From an uncultured delta proteobacterium (GTDB lineage Bacteria > Myxococcota > Myxococcia > Myxococcales > Anaeromyxobacteraceae): DNA of 64,000 nt. Positions 11,742 through 20,707 of this stretch are shown one piece after another. A program made the position numbers and the translations under genes. The notes under the pieces were generated by a model, which was not told the DNA's origin, made no database searches, and worked only from the letters and a program-made list of their open reading frames with translations. The DNA lies in assembly GCA_963828255.1 (NCBI GenBank), contig CAWHDZ010000026.1, positions 49,509-113,508 of the forward strand. The letters run 5' to 3'. The first letter of the stretch is position 1, and the number at the start of each line of letters is the position of its first letter.

Positions 11742-11954
11742 CGCCGGGACGCAATGCCCGACGAAAGCCAAGCCCAGCAGCTTTTCCATGACATTGACGG
11801 CGAGTGAACACGCACTCAAGGTCATCGTTCACGCTTCGAGATTGACCCTCGGACCGATCGTCACGCCGCCTTCCCCGCTCGGCCCGGCACGATCCAACCG
11901 GGTACATCGCCACCGATCTCCGGCGGTCACCGCAAGAAAATGTCGGCCGTATCC

Positions 11955-11983
11955 TTGCAAGGTCGATCTGCGTTCGCTAATCT
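11955..11983 (+). promoter_or_regulatory. Candidate sigma70 promoter for the micro-ORF/rqcH unit
   Basis: TTGCAA(11955-60)-17 nt-TAATCT(11978-83) in an AT-richer intergenic region. Confidence 0.6.
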
Positions 11984-12039
11984 GCACTCGTCTTCGTAGT
12001 GCGTCGTTGGTAGTTGACCAACTGTCAGGGAGGTAACAC

Positions 12040-12114
12040 ATGGCTGCCAAGAAGAAGGCTGTGAAGAAGGCTCCGGCGAAGAAGAAGGCTGTGAAGAAGG
12101 CCAAGAAGAAGTAA
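12040..12114 (+). CDS. 24-aa Lys/Ala-rich micro-protein MAAKKKAVKKAPAKKKAVKKAKKK (histone-H1-like/leader peptide)
   Basis: Not in ORF track; AGGGAGGT Shine-Dalgarno just upstream of ATG; all Lys codons AAG; upstream promoter; downstream hairpins. Confidence 0.75.
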   Translation: MAAKKKAVKKAPAKKKAVKKAKKK

Positions 12115-12126
12115 CGATGCCTTCGT

Positions 12127-12176
12127 GGCGCGAGGAGACTCGCGCCGGGTCTTGCGGCCGCCTCCGGGCGGCCGCA
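12127..12176 (+). terminator. Twin GC-rich hairpins between micro-ORF and rqcH (terminator, attenuator or stabiliser)
   Basis: GGCGCGAG-gaga-CTCGCGCC (12127-46) and TGCGGCCGCC-tccg-GGCGGCCGCA (12153-76); only a weak T-run follows. Confidence 0.5.
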
Positions 12177-12192
12177 GCCGTTTCGGGCTCCC

Positions 12193-13656
12193 GTGTCCCT
12201 GCGCTCCGGCGAGATCGCGCTCCTCATCGAGGAGCTCCGCCCCCTGGTGGGGTCGCGCGTCGACGCGGTGCGGGTTCACTCCGAGCGGCTCGTCACCCTG
12301 GAACTGCGCGGTCCGGCCGGCGACGCCACCCTGCTCCTCTCCGCCGAGCCGGACCTCACCCGCCTCCACGCCGCCACCTGGCGCCCCCCGTCCCATCCCG
12401 AGCCGCTGGCCTTCCAGGTCGCGCTGCGCCGCGAGATCAGTGGCGCCCGGCTCGCGTCCATCGAGGCTCCCGGCGGGGATCGGCTGGTGGCATTGCGTTT
12501 CGAGCGCCCGGCCGGCCCCGTGTCGCTCCTGGCCGAGCTGACCGGGCGGAACGGAAACCTCCTCCTCGTGGACGGAGCCGGCGTCGTCCGGGCCATGGCA
12601 GGCCGGAACCTCTCCCAGCGCCGGGCGCTCCTGCCGGGCGCCCCGTACCTCCCGCCGGAGGCCCGGGAGGGGGACGGCGAGGCGCCCCGCTTCGCGCCGG
12701 TGGAGGGCGCGCCGTTTCCCGTCTCCGCCGCGGTCGAGGCCTTCTACCGGAGGCTCGAGGAGGAGCGCGCCCTCTCGGCCGCACGCCGCCGCCTGCGCGA
12801 GCCGCTGCGGGCGGGGGTGGCCCGGTCGCGCCGGGCGCTCGAGAAGCTCGCCGACGAGGCGGCGCGCGTACCCGCGGCCGAGGCCGACCGGCGCGCCGCC
12901 GACCTCCTCAAGCAGAACCTCCGCGCGGTCCCGCGCGGAGCCCGGGAGGTCGCCGTCACCGAGTGGACCGAGGACGGCCCCATCCACGTGACGCTGGCCA
13001 TCGACCCGGCGCTCACGCCGCGCGCCAACATGGAGCGCTTCTACCGGCGCTACCGGCGCATCGCCGAGAGCGCCGCCCGGGTCGAGGCCCGCGTCGGCGA
13101 GGTGAGGGCGAGGCTCGCGGCCACCGAGGCGCTGCTCGCCGAGCTCGAATCCGCCCCGCCCGAGGCGCTGCCGCGGCTCGAGCGGGAGGCACGCAAGGTC
13201 GGCGCCGCACCGCGCGTGCAGCGCCCGCCCCGCCGGCGCGACGAGAAGCCGGCCGCTCCCTACCGGACCTTCCGGTCGGCAGCCGGCCTCCTCGTCCTGG
13301 TGGGGCGCGGCGCCGCCGAGAACGATCAGCTGACCGTGCGGGTGGCCAAGGGAAACGACGTCTGGCTTCACGCCCGCGGCCGCACCGGCGCCCACGTCGT
13401 CCTGCGGCTCCCCAAGGGGCGAGCCCCCGATCAGGAGAGCCTGCTCGACGCGGCCCACCTGGCCGCCCACTTCAGCGACGCCCGGGGGGAGGCCGCTCCC
13501 GAGGTGGTCTACACGCGCGTGAAGCACGTCCGGAAGGTGAAGGGGGCCGCCCCCGGGGCCGTGACCTACAGCCAGGAGAAGGGGATGGCGCTGCGGGTGG
13601 AGCCGTCGCGCCTCACGCGGCTCCTCCTGGGGGAGTCCGACGGGGAGCCTTCGTGA
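12193..13656 (+). CDS. rqcH: Ribosome quality control factor RqcH/Rqc2 (NFACT, FbpA family)
   Basis: NFACT-N with DR motif (GGDRLVALRF) and ELTGRNGNLLL; coiled coil; NFACT-R GRGAAENDQLT..WLHARGRTGAHV. Confidence 0.88.
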   Translation: MSLRSGEIALLIEELRPLVGSRVDAVRVHSERLVTLELRGPAGDATLLLSAEPDLTRLHAATWRPPSHPEPLAFQVALRREISGARLASIEAPGGDRLVALRFERPAGPVSLLAELTGRNGNLLLVDGAGVVRAMAGRNLSQRRALLPGAPYLPPEAREGDGEAPRFAPVEGAPFPVSAAVEAFYRRLEEERALSAARRRLREPLRAGVARSRRALEKLADEAARVPAAEADRRAADLLKQNLRAVPRGAREVAVTEWTEDGPIHVTLAIDPALTPRANMERFYRRYRRIAESAARVEARVGEVRARLAATEALLAELESAPPEALPRLEREARKVGAAPRVQRPPRRRDEKPAAPYRTFRSAAGLLVLVGRGAAENDQLTVRVAKGNDVWLHARGRTGAHVVLRLPKGRAPDQESLLDAAHLAAHFSDARGEAAPEVVYTRVKHVRKVKGAAPGAVTYSQEKGMALRVEPSRLTRLLLGESDGEPS

Positions 13657-14405
13657 GCGCGGCCAGGGGTCAGCTCGATCTCTCCTTCGACGCCCGCGAG
13701 GCGGGGAGGACGGACCGCGTCGCCGCCGCCGAGCGGCTGGCCGACGAGGTGGCCGCCCGCATCGGCGAGCCTGTCCGGCTCGTGGTGCACGACAACCGGC
13801 ACACCATGGTCTCCTTCCGCCGCGAGCGGACGGCCATCCAGCTCCGCGTCCACCACCTCTTCCTGGGCTGCCCTCCCGAGGTGACCGAGGCGCTGGCCGG
13901 GTTCGTCCGGCCGGAGCGGCGCGCCAGCCGCCGGGAAGCCTCGCGCGTCATCGACGGGTGGGTGCGGATCCACCGGGAGCGGATCTCCCCGCCGCGCACC
14001 GGGCGGCTCCATGCGCGCGGGCGGGTCCACGATCTGCAGGCCATCCTCGATCGCCTCAACGCCGATCACTTCGGCGGGTCGGTCGAGGCCAGGATCGGCT
14101 GGGGGCGGAGCGGGGCCCTGCCCGGGCGCACCTCCATCCGCACCGGGGTGTACCTGCACGCCGCCCGCGCCATCCGCATCCACCCCGCGCTCGACCGGGA
14201 GGAGGTGCCGGTCTTCTACGTGGAGTTCGTGGTCTTCCACGAGATGCTTCACCAGGTGGTCCCGCCGGCCGAGCGGGGGGGGCGCCGGAGCATCCACGGC
14301 CGGGAGTTCCGGCGGCGGGAGCGGTCCTTTCCCGGGCAGGCCCGTGCGGCCGCCTGGGAGAAGGAGAACGTGCACCTCCTGCTGGCAAAACCGGGACGAC
14401 GGTAG
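13653..14405 (+). CDS. SprT/YgjP-like HExxH zinc metalloprotein
   Basis: IRIHPALD..FVVFHEMLH..HGREFRRRE; GTGA overlap with rqcH. Confidence 0.75.
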   Translation: MSAARGQLDLSFDAREAGRTDRVAAAERLADEVAARIGEPVRLVVHDNRHTMVSFRRERTAIQLRVHHLFLGCPPEVTEALAGFVRPERRASRREASRVIDGWVRIHRERISPPRTGRLHARGRVHDLQAILDRLNADHFGGSVEARIGWGRSGALPGRTSIRTGVYLHAARAIRIHPALDREEVPVFYVEFVVFHEMLHQVVPPAERGGRRSIHGREFRRRERSFPGQARAAAWEKENVHLLLAKPGRR

Positions 14406-16670
14406 TCAGGCGGCCGTCGCCGGCTCGCGCCGCAGTCTCCGGCTGCGCATCCAGAGCGCGCCCACGAGAAGCGCGAGCGTCCCGAGCGACACCGCCGCGC
14501 CCATCGTCACCCAGCGGTTCCGGTAGGTGAGGCGAAGCTCGTGGGTGCCGGCCGGGACCGGCACCGCCTGGAAGGCGAAGTCGGCGCGGAGGATGGGCGC
14601 GGGCTCGCCGTCCACGGTGGCCGTCCAGCCCGGGTAGAAGGGATCGAGGATCACCGCCAGACCGTCGCGCGGCGCCACCACCGTGGCCTGCAGCGACGGG
14701 CCGTCCACCCGGATCCCCTCGGCTGCCACCGGCCCCTCGGGTGGGCCCGGCGGCGGGAGCCCCGGCGGCGGCTCGGCGAGCACGGCCCGGTCGCCGGCGG
14801 CGGCGCGGAGCAGCGGCCCGGTGACCTCGACGTCGGGCGCCACCTCCCACGACCCGGTCCAGAAGACCCGCGGCAGGGCCGGCGCGTGGAAGCCGATCAT
14901 GCGGTTCTCCCATTCCCGCCTCCCGATGAAGAAGTCGTGGAGGCCGCGCTGGGGCCGATCCGAGATCACGAGGGGAGTTGCGAGGAGCGGCCAGAGCCGC
15001 GACCGGGGGTCCGCCGACGGGAAGGTGGCGTCCCCGTCCATGGCGCCGAGCCGCACCACCTCGTCGCGTCTCGTCCCCTCGAGCAGTTCCCGGACACGCT
15101 GGATCGACATGGGGCCGTAGCCCATCGTCCCCTCCCACCCGTTGCGGAGCGGAGCGTTGATGGAGGCGCCCCACTTCGCCACGACGCCCACGCGCCGAGG
15201 CGCCGGCGCCGCTGGCACCAAGGGGGAGAAGTCGGCCAGCCCCGGTCGCTCGGTCACGGCCGGCGAGAAGTCGTTGAACCGGGAGAAGAGGTACCAGGGC
15301 TCGTAGAAGGCCAGCGCCACCATGGCGCCGCCGGCCAGGGCTCCGCGCACCCCGCGCCAGGCCGCGGCCACCCAGAGCGCCCCGAGCCCCGCCATCACCA
15401 GGGCGAACCAGGCGGTCCTCCGGGTCGCCGCCGGGTCGAAGGGGAAGCCTGGAAGCCGGGGGAGGAGGAGCGCCAGCGCGGCGACCACGGCCAGGACCGA
15501 AAGGCTCCGGGCCAGCCGGGCGCGCGTCGGGTCGCGGCGCAGGGCCTCGAGCCCCTCGGCGGCGAGCAGCGCCACGGCGAAGGCGGTGACGAGCAGCCCG
15601 CGGGTCGGGACCCGGAAGCTGCCGTAGCCGGGGAGGATCTTGTAGAGCAGCCAGTGCAGGTGGAGCGGAGCGCGTTCCCCCAGCGCGAGCCAGGGACCGA
15701 GCAGCGCCAGCACCGCGAAGAGGATCACGCCCCGCCGCCGCGCCGGGGCGGCCGCGCAGAGCGCCAGCGCCGGGATCCCCACGTACCCGGTGGCCTCCCA
15801 GAGGTTGAGCCCCCAGCGCCCGTCCCCGTAGGCATGGGGGAGCACGTAGAGCGCCAGACCCCAGGCGTCGGGCCAGCGCCAGCTGGTGACGAAGGAGTAG
15901 TCCACCACCACCGAGCGCGGACCCATGCGGGCGAGCTCCAGCGTGGGGAGGACCAGCACCGAGGCGAGGACGAAGCCGATGGGCACGATGGCCACCGCCC
16001 AGGCGGCGTCGGCGCGGCGCGTGGGCCAGAGGTCCACCGCGATGCGGAGCGCGTAGAGCCCGGCCACGATGCACCCGAAGTGGGCCATCTGGGGGGAGCC
16101 GCCCAGCCAGGCGAGCGCGGTGGCGACGGCGGCGAGGAGGAGGAAGCGGGAGCGGCGCTGCGCCGCGAATCCCTCCAGCCCGGCCAGCATCCAGGGCCAG
16201 AAGGCCGTGGTGGCGGCGAAGTTCCAGTGGATGACGTGGACGGTCTGCTTGGCGCCGAGGGCGAAGAGGACCGCGGCGAGCAGCCCCGAGGCCGGGGCGA
16301 GGCCGCGCAGCCGCATCCAGGCCGCCATGCCCCAGCCGGCGATGGTGAGGTGGAGCAGCGTCGCGATGGTGAGCGCGCGGGGCGCGTCCCAGGGGAGGGT
16401 GAGCCAGGTGGTGGGGGCGAAGACCGCCGCCTGCGGATCCGCGACCAGCGGGTAGCCCATGTAGAAGCCACGCTGCCAGAGCGGCAGCTCGCCTTGCCGG
16501 AGGGCGGTGGCCACCGCCTCCCGCACCCCGAAGAAGAAGTAGCGGAGGTCGGAGCCGGAGAAGGCCATCCCCGGCCGGGCCGCCGTCCAGTGGAAGGCCA
16601 CCACCAGCACCGGGACAACCGCGAAGACGCCCCACCACGCCCACTCCCGCCGCCTCCCATCCGACGTCAC
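14406..16670 (-). CDS. YfhO-family multi-pass membrane protein (GT-C fold)
   Basis: GELPLW..MGYPLVADPQ N-terminus, many TM segments, C-terminal DPFYPGWTATVDG..VPVPAGTHELRLTY. Confidence 0.82.
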   Translation of the reverse strand: MTSDGRRREWAWWGVFAVVPVLVVAFHWTAARPGMAFSGSDLRYFFFGVREAVATALRQGELPLWQRGFYMGYPLVADPQAAVFAPTTWLTLPWDAPRALTIATLLHLTIAGWGMAAWMRLRGLAPASGLLAAVLFALGAKQTVHVIHWNFAATTAFWPWMLAGLEGFAAQRRSRFLLLAAVATALAWLGGSPQMAHFGCIVAGLYALRIAVDLWPTRRADAAWAVAIVPIGFVLASVLVLPTLELARMGPRSVVVDYSFVTSWRWPDAWGLALYVLPHAYGDGRWGLNLWEATGYVGIPALALCAAAPARRRGVILFAVLALLGPWLALGERAPLHLHWLLYKILPGYGSFRVPTRGLLVTAFAVALLAAEGLEALRRDPTRARLARSLSVLAVVAALALLLPRLPGFPFDPAATRRTAWFALVMAGLGALWVAAAWRGVRGALAGGAMVALAFYEPWYLFSRFNDFSPAVTERPGLADFSPLVPAAPAPRRVGVVAKWGASINAPLRNGWEGTMGYGPMSIQRVRELLEGTRRDEVVRLGAMDGDATFPSADPRSRLWPLLATPLVISDRPQRGLHDFFIGRREWENRMIGFHAPALPRVFWTGSWEVAPDVEVTGPLLRAAAGDRAVLAEPPPGLPPPGPPEGPVAAEGIRVDGPSLQATVVAPRDGLAVILDPFYPGWTATVDGEPAPILRADFAFQAVPVPAGTHELRLTYRNRWVTMGAAVSLGTLALLVGALWMRSRRLRREPATAA

Positions 16671-17848
16671 GCCGCGACCTCCCTCGCCGCGCCGCCGGCG
16701 GGACGACCGGTGGCGCGCAGCTGGACCACGAGCCAGGCCGCGAAGGCGGCGTAGACGGCGGTGCGAAGAAGCTCCTCCGCGTAGTACCAGCCGTCGAAGA
16801 ACGAGAAGGTGCCGCGCCCGGAGCGGACCTCGAACGCCAGGTGGTGGTCCACCACCGAGATCGCGGCGAGCGCGACGAAGAGCCAGCCCGGCCCGGCCAC
16901 CAGCGCGCCGGCCGCGAAGGCGTAGAGGGCGTACTGCGGGCTCCACACCTTGTTGGTGGCAACCCAGGCGACGAGCACGAGCGCGGTGCCGAGCCGGACG
17001 GCCCGGACCCGGGAGGCGGGGGCGGAGCGGTAGGCCATTGCAGCCGCGGCGACGGCCGCGGCAAGAACGATCGCCCCGGCGATCAGGTTCAGCGCCGCCG
17101 GATCCTTCACCCGGAGCACCTCCCACACCGAGTTCTCCGCCGACCGTGCGCCGTTGAAGCGCCAGAACCAGGCCCAGTTCCCCGGCGCGGAGAGCGCCAC
17201 CGGAAGGTTCACGAGCAGCGTCACGGCCAGGAACGCTCCCCCGGCCCGCGCCAGTTCCCCGAACCGCCTGCGCCCGGCGAGTTCCCCGATCGCCGCCGGA
17301 AGGAGCGCCACGGGCCAGAGCTTGGCAGAGACCCCCAGCGCCGACAGCAGCCCCGCCGCCGCCGGCCGCTCCCGCTCCGCCGCCAGCACCGCGGCGAGGA
17401 GGAGCGCGATGGGGATGAGATCCCAGTTGAGCGCACCGAAGTAGGCGATGGCCGGGGTCCCAGCGAGCCACCATGGGCTCGCGCCGGGGAGGCGCCGCAG
17501 GAGGGCGACGGCCGCGAGCAGGCAGAGCCAGAGTCCCACGACGCTCACCGTGAAGTGCACGATCTGTCCCCCCGGCAGGAAGGACGGGGCCCAGAGGGCC
17601 GCCCCGAGCAGCACCGGGTACTCGATGCGGTCCTCCACGTAGGGCAGCGGCCTTCCCCCGTGAAGGTAGCGGTCGCCGGTCATGGCGAGCAGGTCGGAGT
17701 AGGCGTGGGTCCGGAAGGCCCAGGGGCGGTAGGCGACGCCCGGGTGCTCGACTCCGCGCACGAGGAAAGCCCACCCCAGAGCCATCCAGGCGGTGGCGAC
17801 GAGATAGGGGGCGGCGCTGCGGAGGCGATCTCTGCCGGACTGCGACAT
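16667..17848 (-). CDS. GT87/DUF2029-like polyprenyl-phosphate-sugar-dependent glycosyltransferase (GT-C)
   Basis: YSDL, IEYPVL, NWDL, GVSAKLWP, NKVWSPQY motifs; multi-TM. Confidence 0.8.
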   Translation of the reverse strand: MSQSGRDRLRSAAPYLVATAWMALGWAFLVRGVEHPGVAYRPWAFRTHAYSDLLAMTGDRYLHGGRPLPYVEDRIEYPVLLGAALWAPSFLPGGQIVHFTVSVVGLWLCLLAAVALLRRLPGASPWWLAGTPAIAYFGALNWDLIPIALLLAAVLAAERERPAAAGLLSALGVSAKLWPVALLPAAIGELAGRRRFGELARAGGAFLAVTLLVNLPVALSAPGNWAWFWRFNGARSAENSVWEVLRVKDPAALNLIAGAIVLAAAVAAAAMAYRSAPASRVRAVRLGTALVLVAWVATNKVWSPQYALYAFAAGALVAGPGWLFVALAAISVVDHHLAFEVRSGRGTFSFFDGWYYAEELLRTAVYAAFAAWLVVQLRATGRPAGGAAREVAA

Positions 17849-17898
17849 CGGAGGCGGGATGATTAGCAGGGAGACCGGCGGCGGTCTACCATGCCTGG

Positions 17899-18531
17899 GT
17901 GAGCACGCTCGAGCGCGTGGTGGCGGCCCTCGCCGAGGCGCTCGCGCGGACCGGCCCGGCGGCGCCGGCCATCCTCTTCCTGGGAAGCCTGGTCGAGTAC
18001 GTCTTTCCGCCGTTCCCGGGGGACACGCTGGTCGTGCTGGGAGCCTGGTACGCGGTGAACGGCAAGATCTCCTGGCCGGTGGCCTTTGGCGCGACGACGG
18101 CCGGGGCGGTGGTCGGGGCCTGGATCGACTACCGCATCGGGGCGGCGCTGGGCAGGGCGCTCGAGCGCGGCGCGGCGCGTCGGGGCCCGGTCACGCTGGA
18201 GCACGTGCGGAAGGTCGAGGCGGGCTACGCACGGTGGGGGGCGTGGTTCCTGCTCGCCAACCGCTTCCTTCCCGGGGTCCGGGCCTTCCTCTTCGTGGGC
18301 GCGGGGGCGGCGCGCCTGCCGGTGGGAAAGGTCCTCCTCTGGGGCGGCGTCTCGGCGGCGGTGTGGAACGGGCTTCTCCTCCTGGTGGGCGCCTTCCTGG
18401 TCCGGAACCTCGACGAGTTCGTGCGCCTGCTCCAGCGCTACACCGTGGCGGCCTGGGTGGGGATGGCGGTGGTGGCGGCGGCGCTCCTCGCGTGGTTCGC
18501 CGTCGGCGCGATCCGGAGGAGGAAGGGATGA
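17899..18531 (+). CDS. DedA-family membrane protein
   Basis: EYVFPPFPGDTLVV, RFLPGVRA. Confidence 0.9.
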   Translation: MSTLERVVAALAEALARTGPAAPAILFLGSLVEYVFPPFPGDTLVVLGAWYAVNGKISWPVAFGATTAGAVVGAWIDYRIGAALGRALERGAARRGPVTLEHVRKVEAGYARWGAWFLLANRFLPGVRAFLFVGAGAARLPVGKVLLWGGVSAAVWNGLLLLVGAFLVRNLDEFVRLLQRYTVAAWVGMAVVAAALLAWFAVGAIRRRKG

Positions 18532-19523
18532 GCCCTCTCCTGCTCGCGCTGCTCGCGCTGCTGCCGGACGCTGCCTCGCGCCTCTACCGGGTCGAGATCG
18601 GTGGCCAGGCGGTGGGGATGGCGACGCTCTCGGTGCGTTGCGATCGGGCCCGCTGCACCGGACTCTTCGAGACGTCGTTCCGGCTTCCCGAGGCGGGCGG
18701 AGGCGGGGTGGCGCGACGGAAGGTGAAGGTGACCACCGACCGCCAGGGGATGCTCCTCGACGCCGAGGCGGGAGGGAAGCGCAGGAAGGGCGCGGGCGAC
18801 GGGGTGGCCTCGATCCTGGCGGAGGCCCTGCTCGCCGGGGCGGCGGAGGGGGAGCGCCGCTGCCTCGACGTGGAGGACGCCGAGACCGGCCGGCCGGGGA
18901 GGGCCTGCGCCACCCGGCGCGGTGCGTGGCTCGCGGGGGAGGTCCTGGGGGAGCCGGTTCGCTTCCGCGCAGCCGCGGGAGGACTTCCCGACGAGGTGCT
19001 GCTCCCCGCGCAGGAGACCCGCTTCGTGGCCGACCCGGCTGCGGCGGTCCCTCCGCGGGCGCCGGCCACCTTCGGGAGCGCGGTGCCGGCCCCGCCCGGC
19101 GCCGAGCTCGAGCGGTCGCTGCTCTTCTGCGGGCTCGCCCCGGAGCCCGAGGATCCCGCGCCGCCTCCGGCCGGGCTGCCGCGCGACTTCCCGGAGCGGG
19201 GCAACTGCCAGCAGATGTCGGAGGCCTACCTGCGCTCCGCCCGGGAGGACGGCCTCGACGGCCGCCTCGTCGTCGGCGTGGCCTGGGACGGGCGGCGCTT
19301 CGTCTGGCACGAATGGGTGGAGGTGGCGGCGGCGCGGCGCTGGACCGCGGTGGACCCGAGCTTCCGCCAGCTTCCCGCCCAGGCGCCGCGCTTCGCCGTG
19401 GCGCGGTTCGCTCCGGGTGACGAGGCCGGCCGGGCCGAGGCGGGGAGGAAGGTGCTCTCGTGCTGGGGAAAGGCGAGGGTCACCACGGCGCCGTCTACCC
19501 CCACGGCGCCGTCTACGCAGTAG
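18528..19523 (+). CDS. Exported transglutaminase-like (Cys-His-Asp) protein
   Basis: Signal-like N-terminus; GNC.., HEWVEV, WTAVDPS triad spacing. Confidence 0.7.
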   Translation: MSPLLLALLALLPDAASRLYRVEIGGQAVGMATLSVRCDRARCTGLFETSFRLPEAGGGGVARRKVKVTTDRQGMLLDAEAGGKRRKGAGDGVASILAEALLAGAAEGERRCLDVEDAETGRPGRACATRRGAWLAGEVLGEPVRFRAAAGGLPDEVLLPAQETRFVADPAAAVPPRAPATFGSAVPAPPGAELERSLLFCGLAPEPEDPAPPPAGLPRDFPERGNCQQMSEAYLRSAREDGLDGRLVVGVAWDGRRFVWHEWVEVAAARRWTAVDPSFRQLPAQAPRFAVARFAPGDEAGRAEAGRKVLSCWGKARVTTAPSTPTAPSTQ

Positions 19524-19530
19524 ACGGCGC
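19483..19530. repeat. 16-bp direct repeat plus 11-bp inverted repeat at a convergent junction
   Basis: CCACGGCGCCGTCTAC at 19483 and 19501; GCGCCGTCTAC-gca-GTAGACGGCGC 19506-19530. Confidence 0.8.
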
Positions 19531-20411
19531 AGGTCTCGCGCACGACCGGGTTCCTCGGAGTGAACAGAATCCATGTGGGCGTCGCCGTAGACCTGGCGCG
19601 CGGCTTCCCCGTTGTGGACGTCGCAGAGGACCCTGCAGTTCTCGACCGTGGACGGCCCGCCCCTCCCGCGCGGCACCACGTGGTCGATCTCCAGCCTCAC
19701 CTCCGAGCCGCAGACCCCACCCGAATCGAGCTTCCACTGGCACTTGCCCTCGTCCCGCTTGCGAACCTCCCGTTTCACCCTGGGCGGAACGCTGGCCCGC
19801 CTCAGCTTCGCGACCAGCGCCCTCGACACGGTGACGTGGATCCGGCTCACCGTGGAGGTGAGCGGCTCGACCACGGTCCTCGCCGGTCCCCGCGCTGGTA
19901 CTGGCGCAAGGTCCGGAGCAGTCGCCGAAAGTTCACTCGGATGAACCGGGAAAGTCGTTGATTTCACTGGGCCCGGGATCTCGGTGACCACCGTCCTCCT
20001 CGGCACGACGGCCGCAGGCATGATCTCCACCGCGACCTGCTTCGCCTCCTGCTTCGAGCAGTGGAAGGACTTCGGCAGCACCTCGGCCCGGTTCGCCTCG
20101 GTCATGACCTTCGCCAGCTGGACGATGCTGGTCAGGCACAGCCGCCCGTCCCTCAGCGGATCCACGACCTCGGGGAACCGGCCGACGAGCCTGGCCGCCA
20201 CCTTCCGGTAGTGGGCCGCTCCCCGGGACACCTTCAACTCCCGGAGCAAGTAGTCGAAGAGGTTGGCGAAGCCCAGCCTCCTGTACGCCCCGGCCCGGTC
20301 GAACTCCGAGAGGGCGACGAGGAAGTCTGCGAGCGCGACGCGCTCTCGGCGGAGAAGGTCGGCGAGATGGCCGGAGGATTCGCGGGCCTGGACGAGGTTC
20401 GTGTCGTTCAT
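19520..20411 (-). pseudogene. HNH endonuclease with helical (DUF222-like) N-terminus, probably internally deleted and 3'-frameshifted
   Basis: RDEGKCQW..CGS..LEIDHVVPRGRGGPSTVENCRVLCDVHN; after YGDAHMD the frame runs about 1.1 kb antisense into upstream genes. Confidence 0.7.
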
Positions 20412-20707
20412 GAATCCACTGTCTCACGGGAATTTGCGCCCTCCCCAGACGCACGAGGAAGGCCGCTGACGCGACCTCCCGCGCGAAGATCTCGAACCCC
20501 GCCACCAATCCCGATCGTCGCTCCACGGCGCGATGCGGTCGCCACGGGCGCCTTCCATGCGCGACGAGTTGCCGGAACGTGAAATCATCGCGGAACGCGT
20601 CAAGCGCTTTCCGCGCACGCCCCATCTGCCCGATGGTCCGCGAAACGGACGGTCGCCTGTTTCGCGGCGCCGCCCCCCGGTGTCCGTCCCCCGTGGAGAA
20701 TGGAGCG

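Noticed and set aside
11742..11950. Known ncRNA (6S, tmRNA, SRP, RNase P, tRNA) in the AT-richer intergenic region
   Set aside because: No diagnostic motifs recognised by eye; an Rfam search would be needed to exclude it fully
11829..12227. Minus-strand ORF containing FFLAFFTAFFFAG as a membrane peptide
   Set aside because: It is the antisense image of the Lys-rich micro-ORF, which has the RBS and promoter
18438..20411. 657-aa HNH fusion protein
   Set aside because: The C-terminal half is antisense read-through of the transglutaminase/dedA genes after a probable frameshift near 19570
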